Of a DNA stretch of 64,000 nt, positions 49,166 through 61,943 are shown piece after piece. The notes beneath the pieces are model-generated. The model ran no database searches, was not told the DNA's origin, and was given only the letters and a program-made list of their open reading frames with translations. The stretch is taken from positions 58,900,001 to 58,964,000 of the forward strand of contig CM060733.1 in the NCBI GenBank assembly GCA_030704615.1. The letters run 5' to 3'. A program made the translations under genes and the position numbers. This DNA comes from Takakia lepidozioides (taxonomy: Eukaryota > Plantae > Bryophyta). Within the stretch, counting starts at the first letter, position 1. Every line of letters starts with the position of its first letter.

Positions 49166-50189
49166 ATGTCTGTCCAATCCAACACAGCACTACAAATCTT
49201 AACTATTGTATGCTTTTTTAACAATCCACAAGTGCACATCCACTTGTCAATCTGGCTCTTGGTCTCTCTGCTTGTCTGTCATTTCTCTTGCACAGTCGTC
49301 ACCTCTCAGTAATGTCCCTCTGTACCATTACTGTTCTTATTATGAGTTGATTTGCCAGTTTTGGTCTTCCATCCCCTAGTCTCCCAGTCCTTCCTGTTTC
49401 CTATCTTTACTCTGCTTGCTCAATCCTCTATCGCTGTAGCATATGTGCATACCAGCAATCTCTACCCCTCTCTTCCTTGTAGTAAACCTGACCTATCCAA
49501 GCATCTAATCCTGATAGCTACATACATTGCAACAGAGCACAGAAAATCACCAGGAAAGAACCATTTGGGTTGAACTTCAAGTATTATGCGGAGGTCAGAA
49601 ACCAAAACAATTCCCCTTGAAGTCTGGGTCTGATGCCAACAATACATGGACAACCTTCTTTTCACAAGGACTTGGACTCCAAGCTTCAGGTGAGTTGAGG
49701 GTACCTAAAAACCCTATCTAAGAACATCAGAAGAATACAGTTACCCACCTTACAAATCAAACCAAAGCTGGACCTCTGCATCCGTCAAGGTGGCATCAGT
49801 CACGAGCCTCAAGAGCTCTGTTATCTGATTCCCTGTGGCTTCCAATTTCTGAATCGTGTCTCTACTAATATATTTACTAGGCAAGTCCGTGCACAGAATG
49901 TGACCCTTTTCCTTCATACTTGGTGCCAATATTTCCAATTTTGACCTGACAAACTGTAAGAAGCTTGACATGGGGGTTGTGGCTACCTTGTTCGTCTGAT
50001 AATTTTCTCGATAGGCTTCATACTGACTGCCTGCCAAGTTCAGAACATCCAGTTGGTGGTGGCTCACCTGCATCCAAGGCTTTGCGTTTAGGTGCCATCC
50101 ATTCCCTAACCCCCACACAGATCACCCCAACTCACCCCAATGAATGCAAGCCTATGTAAAAAACAGACGAGATGAAGATACAGAAATGC

Positions 50190-50944
50190 AGCACACATGA
50201 ACTCACACAAAATCAGCGCGCATTAGCATCTGTGACGGCAGACAGTACAAGCAGCAACGCCTCCAAATTGAACCCTAACAGCATCGTCAATGCACAAAAT
50301 GCAGGAAGATCAAGTTCCAAGGCCATATCTCGCAAAACGGAACAGCTCCCGCTGGTTTTCTGCATGGAAAATGTGTGGCTGTGCAGCTCGAGCTACGCTC
50401 ATAATGAGCACACATAGAAACCCCCCTGCGAATCACCTGCATGCGACGATAGCAAAAACAAGCGCAGCAAAAACATAAAGCAGCGACAATCGAGAGAAAT
50501 GCCCGTAAGCAAGGTGCAAGGAAGGCTGGAGAATGTGCCCGAGAAGATACCCAGCCGCTCCCGCCACCTGCCGGGCCCGTCATCATCATTATCTCGGGTG
50601 CCTGGGTGTGTCCGCACGGGCGGACATGCAGCCCCGTGCCTAAACCCATCGCCGGCTTTTGATCGCCCCCTCACCCCTTTAGCCTGCCACGTCACTCGGT
50701 CAAAGGTGCTGGAGGGCCGTGAACCACCCAATTTTGGGTACCCCTGCACATTCAAAAAATCACTGACGGCAGGGATTTTATTATCTTAGGGTGCCATAAC
50801 GACAGGCGGGTGCATAACATCAAGGCGCACAACTTTCGTTCAGAATTTTTTTTCATCTGATGTCATCGGACGAAGTTACATCGTGGATGAATTCTGTAGC
50901 CCACCCTGACGCGACCCGAAACGGGTCGCCTCGTCCATTAGGGG
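50190..50944 (-). mobile_element. Other terminus of the second piggyBac-type family; left boundary uncertain
   Basis: Minus strand TTAA-CCCCTAATGGACGAG-GCGACCCGTTTCGGGTCGC. The CCCGTTTCGGG palindrome also follows the left TIR of the 23912 element. Confidence 0.7.
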
Positions 50945-51834
50945 TTAAGCCAGACCACACCTCATCCAATAGTTTGATCATAAATGCTTTTGCAGTCTGA
51001 ATAGAGAGCTTTCCCAAATGAGGATCAGGGCATTGGTGGTTTCATCTCATGACATTGATGCTCGAGGCGTCCAGTGTCGACCACATGTACCCGCCTCCTT
51101 GGGCACAAGCAGATGAGACAAAACCAAATAAATGAGTATCCCTTCAGAAGATTTGAAGCATTCAATACCACCGATTTGTTAAAGTCGTTGACTGTTCTGC
51201 AGATTGATCTCTAGATAAGTGTTCATTCTTTTATCAGAGAGTGCAGCCATTGGAGAATGTGCATGGCAGTCTAATTGAGTTCGCAAACCTGTACTATTCT
51301 TTCAGAGGGAAATCTGGCATGATCTTACAGACCGGATTGGAAAGCACCATGAAAGCTGCCACTTGAAATAAAATATTAGATGTCACGAAAAATCATAGCC
51401 ATAACAATTCCTGTAGCAACTAGTAACGCACATGATCAAGCAATTTACAGTCAAGCTGACTACTCCCGAGTAGAAGAGCAGGCCTGGACACTCCAGTCTG
51501 AACTGGAGGAATTCCCTTCTAGTCGCCTCTCTCCACAACCCCACCTCTTCTGTTTTCTGAATAAGTGAATCGCGTGTAACATTTCTAGGACTACCAATAG
51601 GTGGTGAGGACCTCGTGTTTCCACTGAAGTTTTGGGAGCCCTCTTTTTCCTCACCCCCTCGCTATCTTTCTGTTTTCTTCTCTACCCGTCTTTTTGTCCG
51701 TCAGTCCCTCAGCAAGCCTTTAAAGCAAACCACTAAAATAACAATATGCACAAGGGCGCAGTTTCAAGCGCCATCGAAGAAGTCTCTCTTATAATGCATG
51801 TGAAGACTTGCTCAAAGCCTGCAGAAAAGCCAGG

Positions 51835-54800
51835 TTATGAGATTGAATTCCTCCATCGACGGGAAGTCCGCTTCTCTGTAATGGAATCGGACCCCAATAC
51901 ACGGTCTGAATTCTTGTGATTGAAGAAGTTCTTACTGAGCCTTTTCCAAGGTGAGCTCCATGAAGAGCTTTTGGTCTTAGTAAGCCTCTCTACCTGTGAG
52001 AGCGAGTCAAACGAATTATGTTAGCGTACTACTGTAGAAAGTACTGGATCTCCTCATTTGAAAGGTCTACACAAATTGTGAACCAATTTGGATCATCTAT
52101 AGATCTGCCCCCAAGGTCCAATCCATGAGTCTGTTCATACTCGAGCAAGTAGTAACTTAAATTCCCAGTTCGTGAGAGACGAATCTTCGAAAGTCCGTCG
52201 AATTGCCGATCTTTGACAGTCTGCAAAACACATCGAGAAGCATACTAATCAAGTCTTAAAAGTTCAGTACCTGTTGGCTTATGGTCGTCTCTAGCACCCT
52301 GTACTTGGCTTTTATTTCGTCCACATCGTGCTTTAGCGCTTTGATGTCCAGTCCAGTGCTTTGTGCGCTCTCATGCATTGATTTTGCACTGGGGACAGAA
52401 TTGTCCAGCTTGGTGACCGTTTGTTGGGCAGCAGCTGTTGGTTCTCGCTGGAGTGGAGGATCTGGCGTATAGTCTGCCCGCACAGCAGGACTACCAGTGA
52501 TGGCGTTCCTTAGCTTCACCTGCTCGGCAAAAAGGACCTGATGCACCTCACAGAAATTTAGAGCCAAGATGAGCTAGTTGTCATGCTAGCTCTGTTGAAA
52601 CACAACTCCCTAAAGCTGGCATCTGAATGAGCCATTCACTGTAACCTACAGGTAACTCCTGAGTCGCGCTTCAGCGAAGAGCTGGACAATTTCAATATCA
52701 GGAGGTAAAATGCTTGTACCATGTCACCTCTGGATCCTATGCACTTCACATTCTTCTATGCTAATATTTCAAGAAAAAACATCTTACTTGAACAACAATT
52801 CGGAGAGGAAGCCGCTCGTTCTGAGCAGCATGCATGCATGCATCCAGTGACAGTCGCCGGCAGTCCATGATTCGGCACAGCTTCTTCCGCTCATGCTCCA
52901 TCAACCCTGGGTGGGCCTGGACTTCCAACACACAGTGTGTATTACAAGACGGAGAAAAGCTGAGAAAAGCTCGACAGCCCACTTACAGAGCATCCTGTCG
53001 TGAAGAAAGCAATACTAACAATACGGGCAAGTTCACACCTTTAGGAATGTGTCTATTGCTCGATAAAGTCCATCATCTGATACACGTGAGAATTCTGGAA
53101 GTGCCTCAGCGAGCGCCTGGAATTTGGAGACAGGCAACTTGCTGTCCCTTGCTACCTCAGCAAGATAGCTGTCTATGAGTTTCGCAACTTTCATCTTTGC
53201 CGTGTGGGGAGCCGCCGGTGGTTTTGTGGAAGCACCTAACTCGAACACCCAGTTCTTCTCAACGCCAGTAAGGATGTGCTTCGGACTCATAGGGATGTTC
53301 TGATCCTGAACCCATATTCCCACCAATGCACAATATGAGAGAGAAAGACACTTGCATAATTTACTCATCGTCCCCTGCCACTATTTGAACACCATAGAGT
53401 TTCAAGCTCGCGCCGTGTGTGAGGATTCAGGCGAGAACTATTGTGGAAGACGCAGGCAAAGATTTTTATTGCAAACTTGCATTCCCTTGTTCACACTTGG
53501 CAAGTTCACAATCTAAACAAACACACTCACATTCAACTGTCCTGTTCCTTGAGTAGTCCAGGCTTACGACTCTTCTCTCAGGCGCAAGCATCTCAGGGCC
53601 TACCTGTAACAAGAAATTTTCCAGGATACGGTGCACAAGATCGGTGTCGTAAAGTGTCTCACTGGTATGAGCGAAGCAGGGGATGAGGATATCGCTCAGT
53701 GTCGCTTGTTCCAGTTGCATTCCTACTCTCTTCTCCAACTCCTTCTTGCTTGTGGGTGCAGCGTTTGACATATTGGCCGCTCGCAACAATCGAAGCAAGA
53801 AACTGCAAGAAACCGTATCCTTTTGAGGAGGCAGCATGCTCACAATGCCCTCTATAATAGTTCGATTCTTATTTTGCACACTAATATACTCATCTCGTGT
53901 TGGCCCGTTCTCCCCTTTTGAAACGACATCCAAGCAGTTAACAGGCTCCTTTGGTGGTGAGGATGATGCATGGAACATTTTCTCTATTCTCGGTGACCCC
54001 CCTTTCTCTTTGACGGCCGCTGGGATGAGACCTGGCAGCCACTTCTGAGCGTAGAATTCAATGGCAGCCCCCATGAGGTCAGATTTCATACACTTCACTT
54101 TGATTGCAGCCATGACCTTAGTGAAGGAGTAAAAGCGCAAATGGGAGGCATCTTCGAACCACCAATCTGGGGAAACCTGCTTGGCTGTTGCAGTGCTGTT
54201 GATGCCGTTCCAGGGGCCAGCAGTGGGAGGGGAGTCGCAACTACCAGAATACGACCACCGGATTCCACGTGGATCTGTGCAAGCTTTCCATGCAACGGAC
54301 TCGCCACACCTCTTGACAAGCTGCTCTGCCCAGGGCATCAACCGCTCGCAGCTCTGGAGCACTGTGATGGAGTCCGTCCAAGATGCTAGAACTCCAGAGG
54401 TGAGAAAAGCTTCGGTCTTGCTCACCAGGTTTCCTTCTTCCACATCGTCTGTCATCTCGAGATACTCCGCAACACACCGAAGAGCAGCCACATTGGCTGG
54501 CGTCAGCTCGAGTGCGAGGCCATAGCAGAACTTCACAGCCAGCTCAAAAGCTTCAGCTTCCCCCGGAACATCGTCCAGCTTTATGTGATTCTTCTCACAT
54601 GTGCGATGCAATTCCAGTACCAGACGGTTGAGGCGTCCACTTTTGGAGACCAGAGGAAACTGTACATGCAGACAGTCACAGACCCAATTAGAACTTGCAC
54701 CACGGGATACAGGTACTCTCAATGGGAATAAACTTTTCAACTCGTCTGGACCAACACAGCTAGAAAATTTATTCATGTGTCATGTAGGCAGATCAGAGAC

Positions 54801-55001
54801 CTTATCGAGGTGGAAGCTCATGCCGGCGATTTCTACCAGCAGCTCATTTTGCGGTTTGGGAATCCGCTCTTTGTGCTCTTTCGCACTCTCGGAGGGGGCC
54901 TGCAACAAGCAAGGTTGTATGAGAGGACACCTCGCACCCACACAGCACTGAGTGTGAACGATGGGCATCCCCTCCACGGCGTGCATCATCAGTATCGACA
55001 T
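51835..55001 (-). CDS. NPH3: NPH3/RPT3 (BTB/POZ, NPH3 domain, coiled coil); start codon uncertain
   Basis: SFHLDK|[76 protein letters not shown]|VLF and the NPH3-clade C-terminus RRWRNSIS*. Confidence 0.9.
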
Positions 55002-56953
55002 GATTGCTAACTACCACCTTAGTAGACACTCCACTCGTGCACCTGCTTCTCTGGATTGCCTACAGGCTACCGCTGACATTCAACAGTCACCTGCACTGCA
55101 GAAGCTGAGGATTTCAGCATAAGTCTGCAGAATTTCTTTGTCTCTGTCTCTCTCTAGCTCTTCTGGCAGTTAGTGAGTGCTCTTCTCCTCACGTGAGCTT
55201 CCAGACTAGCCAAACTCTCCTCCTTCTGTCACAGCCGCCGAATAGTCTCTACAGAAGGGTGGCCAAAAATTGTCAAGTGACCCACTTGTCAAGCACCCTC
55301 AACAAGCGCTGGCAGATCGTTGGTTCAACTCCACACACATTAATCTCTCCCCCAACTGTAGACCCATCTTATCTTCCCACTGTTGAAACATCGGGCTTGC
55401 GAAATGAAACGCGTCGGGATGGACCTCCACAACAATATACATAATTTGCTCCTTATCATCACACTGCAGTACATACTTGCAGAGACACAAACAGCTTTAC
55501 AATCATTCCCAATCTGAGTTCAATCATTAATCCTGTCTTGCACCCATCAATTCCTTCACTCGATTTGCTCTAAGGAATGGCCTAAGTTGAAGGAGATCGA
55601 AATCTTCAGAGTTATGGCATCAGGCGGAAAATAGCATAGCACGTGGGGCCTTCACTGCAGGAGCTCTCACAGCTGGGTGCAAAGCCTTATTACTAACTAA
55701 CCATCCCCTCCAAAACCCCACAAGCAGCCAAAGCGAGCCCACGTGAGAAGCATAATGCACCATGTTCTCTCGCGCTGAAACTTTGCGCACATTACATACT
55801 CTCTTATCCCTCAAGTATGTTTACAGTACAAAACAAACCCAGTATTTTGGGCTGAGGTCTTGGAGTCCGGACGTCCGTTCTTCCAGCTTCTTCCAGAGAG
55901 TTTGAAGTGTATTGCAATGTTTATGAGACTGTCAACTCTAGACAAGAGCATTGGGCTGCAGTTGCGGTTTATCGCATGTTTCTCTGCCCACATGTGTGAA
56001 CTTAAGTGGGATGTTATCAGAGTGACAAGGACTTGTCCCCTGATGACCTCACGCGGTGCATAAGGATTCAGCTTCAGGAGGACCTTGTTGTAGCCGTACT
56101 CAAGAGCCCCTCCAAAGGACCCCGGAATACTCTACAGACAACAGGTGAACCCATGTGGCCAGCTCGGAAATCTTCCGCACCCTTTTACAGATCACCAAGC
56201 CCCTGATTACAGTGTGCACTATTATACATACAGCCTAGGTCCGCCATGAAAGTGGGAGCATTGATTTCTATGAGTGGGTTCAGTTCTTAAATAAGAAAAC
56301 TCCAACCTTGCTTTCCGTTGCTTGTACCTCACCGTGTTCTTAGCTTACTGGATTCAGCGTTATTTTCAATTGGCTGCCTGTGTTGGATATCCGGTCCTCC
56401 AGTGAGCAGGCCTGGAATGATCCAAGACTCCAAGTCTCCAGCTACCGCTCTAATTTCATGGTGGTTTCCTATCCTAGGCTTTTAGAGGTCCAAAAGTCAA
56501 CTAAAATTCCTTGCTCGAGCTCTGGAACAATGTGCTAAGCTCTATACGTCATCTCTCAAGTGTGTAAATGTGGAGAAATTGTGATAAAACCGTTGTGAGA
56601 GGGCCGGAGGACTACTGAGTATCAAGAGAGCATCCTCTTGGGTAAATAGTTTTCTTCTTCCGAAGTGGGAGTGGAGGTAGCTCCACGAACAAACTTGTGT
56701 TCTTGTAGATGCTGGATTTGTCATCATATTCATTACCGGAATCATCCCACACTATTGGGGGACCTCGTGCTCTTAGAATCCAGCATCATACCCTAGAACC
56801 TTGACTGCTTTTATGTCTCTAAGGAGCGCAAGGGTGTTTGCTGCTTGGAACTTTAATTTGAATCCAAACCTAAGTTTGCAGTTCCACAAGAGCCTGGATA
56901 CGCTACGAGCTCCGTGCCATAGGTTACAAGAACATATTGTGTTCATTCAAGAA

Positions 56954-59900
56954 TCAAGCAGCTACAGCAATCTTAATGCCCAATTTCTCAAGAATCATGT
57001 CATCTGTGGAGAAGTCAGCAGCTTTTCGAAATGTGCCGCGGCCAAAATCAAGATTGTAAGAGTCAGTGAGACCCTCCACAAGACCAAATTCAGGTGTCCA
57101 GTCCAGCTCCACTTGTGCTTTCTCTATTGAAGTAAAGTAGTGCTGCACATACAGACCCATAATACTCTGTCAAGAATTTGGATAAGTAAGGTGATCACTG
57201 AAAATTCACAGTAAGCTCGCGGCAAACAGTCATGTAATTAGACAAAGCCAAGAAAAATAGAAGGGTGACTACAAGAAAGTACATTTGATAGCTGGGTATA
57301 GCACATAAACCACGAAGACCAAAATGCGGATACATAAAAACAAACAGATTTGTGAGTTTCCAAGGATTTGTGATGGCAAAGGATGATGGCCACCACACAA
57401 ACCAGCTGTTCCCTCTGCAGAGTCCGTGACATTGTCAGAATTTACACATCAGTCTACATCACAAGCACCCCTTCAGAGTATCTGGTGTTCCATAATATTC
57501 ATTGTACAAAACATTGGCAGCACTGACATTGGGATGTGGATGGGATTCACCTGGTCCCTAAGAGGGAAGGCCTTCTTCTTTCCGAAGTCAAAGTCCTTGG
57601 GGTTGAAGTGAACTAATTCGGGTGGTGCAAACCCACCAGCCTGATAGTCACCCATCCAACACAGGAGTTAGCAACACCCATCCGCAGTAGCTGCCATCAA
57701 ACCACCATACATGACAACAATGAAGTCGCATATGAGTGCTGGCACAAAAGCACCTTAGCACAAGCTTTGGCGATGCCATCAAAAGTGACATATTTGGAGC
57801 CGCTGATATTGTAAACTTTCCCATATGCTTTCTCGTTGGCGAGCACCTTGACAACGGCCGTGGCTAAATCCTGCACGCAAGTTGGAAACATCTGTAGGTG
57901 ATGACTCATCCTTTACCATGACTGACAGGCAACACCTTGGGATCCCACTGGCTGAAGAACTTTGCGGGAACTGCTATGGGAGCTTGCACGACAGAACGGA
58001 CTTCTCAATGGTGGTATTGCTACATTTAATCAAAGGCTCACCAGACAACTTGACCCCCACATACCTTCATTCAAGTATCAACCCAGTCTGAGAAGTTACG
58101 TATTGGTCAATGAGTCCAGAATCTGAACTCTTTTCCAAAACACAGCGATTAACTACCTTGACATGACCCAGCTGCGTGATTTGAATACCAGAGTTTGGCA
58201 CGATGGGTCGACCGTCCTTCAGGCGATGGTAAAACCACTCCTCAACTGGGTTGTAGTTGAGAGTTCCATAGATGTAGACAGGGCCTATTGAAGTCCATGG
58301 CACCCCTTTGCTTTGCAGTAGAGTCTCTGTATCCAACTTGCCTTTGTGCCGACTCTTGGGGTCCACTGCATCAACCTGACACCAATATGTCAAGCTCTGA
58401 ACCTGTAAAGCGAGCCCTGGATATAGGATTTCCTATTGCAAGCTCAAAAGCCACTACAGTCCTTTTTTCAGATAGTCCAGTATACACTTGACATGGAGTG
58501 GATGTAAGCCAGAGGAGGACCCAGCAAGCAAGTACTGAGCAATATTTCTGCCCATGAATGCACAAAAACTGATATTTAGTTCAAGTATTTGCACTATACC
58601 TCCAGGTGCGGTAGCAGCTCAGATTTGAGATAAACACCTGCTGACGAGCAGGAAATGTACCTGCGATACCCCATAATCCAGCTGAACACATCAGGTGTGC
58701 CTTGACTATGGGCCAAGGAATGCAGATAAAATCAAGCCTGATTTCATTGTAGTTAGAAGTAAACAGGCCCCTTGGTAGGAAGCCTATGTCCCTGGAGAAG
58801 GGTTGTTAATACTGAACCTGGGTCTACTTGGTAACAAGTGAAACTGCTAACTTAGGTCTAATCTGGTCATTCCAAAATGAATAACAACTGTCCTTTGTTG
58901 AAAGCTGCTACTACTAAAAAATAATAAACATTCAGAGTTTAGTAGACATTCTTGTAAGCAAGAGACGCAGTGTTCAGAGAGGGGCCAAGGGAAACCTACT
59001 GCTCGAGACCAGGTAAAGCCTCCAGAATTGGCTCTGCCTCACTCCCTTCTCTGCCTGTTTTCAGAATAAGTTCCCACCAAATCAACCAAAATACAAAGCA
59101 TGCCTCAGGACATAATGGGCAGGAGGTGACATCACCAAATCCTACAACACATCTGCTGGTGTCCATCAAAACAAAACTTGTGACTGGACCTTCTTTTGCC
59201 TCCAGGGTTAGACAGTTCAGCTTGAAAAATGGTAGAACTCCCAGTACACATTATATGCATTCAATTGAGACAAATTACCATTAATATCATAAACAATTTG
59301 AAAGCCGCTGCCAGTCAGCTTGCTCTTCAGATCCTCAAAGTCTTGACGATCGCCCTGGATGTGCTTGACCTATATGCACTCATCCAATGTTCTGCCCTGA
59401 TTCATCAGGAGACTGGTAGTAGTAGTTGCCCCTAACACTGTTGCTTGATGTACTTTCTGAATACATTATTGCTTCAATCTACCTGCCAAATAATATCTAC
59501 TTCTCAAACACAATCTTCCTGACTGTCATGAACTCTACAGATTTTATATACAGCTGGCCGTTCGACGCAGAGCAGTATTGCAGGCACCTATGATGGCAGA
59601 CAGATTGCTCTACACCCTCCAAAAGATAACTCAGCCATCAAACTGGCAAACCAAATGACCCTACCACTGTACTGACATACAATGTTGGCCAGTGTATATC
59701 CTCAATTCCACAAACCCTCCCTAGACTTTGTCCCATGCGCTTTATGTAGCAAAATCTACCAGCTGGGTGTTGTGGATTAAATGATCACCTTCGATGAGTA
59801 GCTGGAAAATTCCTCGTCAGATTCCCCTGGCAACTGCTGCGTGACAGGTGCTTTGCCTCGAGTAAACAACGTTACCTGCACAAAGTGCATTGATCCCAGG

Positions 59901-60973
59901 GAAGTATCACATGCGCAGGAGTGAACTACAACTCTTACAAGGGGAATTTCAACTCACTGATTTGCAGACAACCCAAGACTCATTGATCCGGCACCTCAAC
60001 CCCAAGCACACTTTTATCCATAAGGGTGTATGCCGATGGGTGGGTCTTCTTTCTTTCTCTACCAACAACATAGGAGGCATGGAAAGGAAAAGATGTAAAT
60101 GAGCTTGAGATGGCAAAAAGGACCTCCCTACAGTGACATCATAGCATTGGACGTGTGCACCTCCAATTCACCAATCGAACAATCTGAAGGCATGTCAGTT
60201 GAGAGTACCTGATGGCCTGATTTGACAAGCTGGCGGGCTAGGAAGAGACCGATAAATCGAGTCCCCCCCATCATCAATATGCTTTTTGGCTCTGTTGGTG
60301 TGGCAGCTGAAGCAGCGATCACAGCACGCCGCAAAATTGCCTGTCTTTTTCGAACTATGGTTGTATCTGCACCTGGATATGATTCCTGCCAGATCCAATT
60401 CGTTGTAACGTGAATCTCAACGCACCAATGCACACTTGTGTGTCCAAAGAGGACTTGGATGCTTGAATCCTGGCAGAGGTTTCATGGCTCGCACAGGACT
60501 CGCATGCTGTCCAACGACTGGATAACTGGAACGAAAATTTCCTCATGAAAGTGCAAAGATGGAGGACTTCTTTTCACATCTCGCCTGAAGTTTTTGGAAG
60601 ACTCCAGAAACATAAATGTTGCAAACCAGCCCTGTTGGCGCCCACAATCCTCTACAGCGCTAGTTCAACCCGCAGGTCGACATAATTAATCGCATGTCAT
60701 GTGGAGCATGGGAAGAGCATTGACTGTCAACAAGCGGGATAACCGAAGTGGCAGAGCAAATGCACCAGATTTTTTCCTAAGAGAAATTACCTGCAAAGAA
60801 TCAGCACGCCGTTGCCGAGTGTGCCTCAATTGCAAATCCGCACAGTGCAATCCAGTGAAGCAAGCAGCTAGCCGTGCGGTACTCGGTGCTGTGCATCGAT
60901 ACTCCTTACAACTGCCCACATCCCGCATTGCCACAGCTGACTGCAGCGCCGCTTTGGACGCCATAGCTGCCAT
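56954..60973 (-). CDS. CSP41B: Chloroplast stem-loop binding protein CSP41b (CRB; NAD-dependent epimerase fold) with transit peptide
   Basis: ILMMGGTRFIGLFLARQLV, VTLFTRGKAPVTQQLPGESD, GDRQD, SSAGVYLKS, DAVDPKSRHKGK, YNPVEEWF, YNISGSKYVTFDG, FDFGKKKAFP and DFGRGTFRKAADFSTDDMIL across GT-AG exons. Confidence 0.93.
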
Positions 60974-61943
60974 CCTGAAGCCCCTATCTGGCCCCTCTCT
61001 GCCTCCCCCCGACCCCTTCTTCGCACCCACACAACAAAGCTCGCTAGCTATCCGGCACTCTGCTTCCCATTATCCAGGATTGTATGGCGGGACACAAACC
61101 AACAGGAGCTACGTGGCGACATTCTATTGGTTTCATTTGTCGCTGCCACACATCCCAATGCCACCACCTTTCTCGCCACCTTTTTCTTATATTCCATGAA
61201 ACGTGGGCAGCTCCGAGGAACAAAACACTCTATCTAAATGTGCTCTCTGTGCTAGCAGTTCAGGTGACAGCATTTTGTTCCTTTTGTGCTGTGGTTTTCC
61301 ATGGTGTTGCAGGTCCTGAGAGCAAGCAGATGAAGAATGCAGTCCACACAACAAGGGGTGCGCCCCTCTCTGAGATCTCTTCACAGAAGTATGGAAAATA
61401 TTGAGGCCCATTCTGAGGTTAGGCAGAACATATGTAGTCAGTTCTGCTCTGCTTGATGTGCCAAAGAATTTCAGCATTAGAAGAATATGGATGCCAGCAT
61501 GGTTCCTGATCATAGCTTCATAGCTGCAGCTATCTCTGACAGATCTCTGGTTGACCCCTTCAAGTATTTCTAACCCCACTTTGTTTAAAGATGGGATGTG
61601 TGCTTCGTGCACGAGGTTTGAGTGTCAAAGTCATGGCATGAATCAGACTAAAAATGGATTTGAGCATTCATGCATGTAACGCCTTGGTGCCATAGACCTC
61701 TCAGTAGATTTTGGTCGCTGTTCTGTGTCCTGTCTGGAACTTGAGGAAACGTTTCACATCTGTTTGTATGACTGGATCATTACCAGCTTAAGTGGTGAGT
61801 AGCTTCAACCAAACATGTGGACAACTGCTACATGATATCTGAAGGAAAGGTAGGCATGGCTGCGGCTTAGCACTCCTTGCCTATTTGGACGCACTTGTGC
61901 ACCTAATGTGATGCAAGCGCAATACGAAGCCAAACAGACCTAG

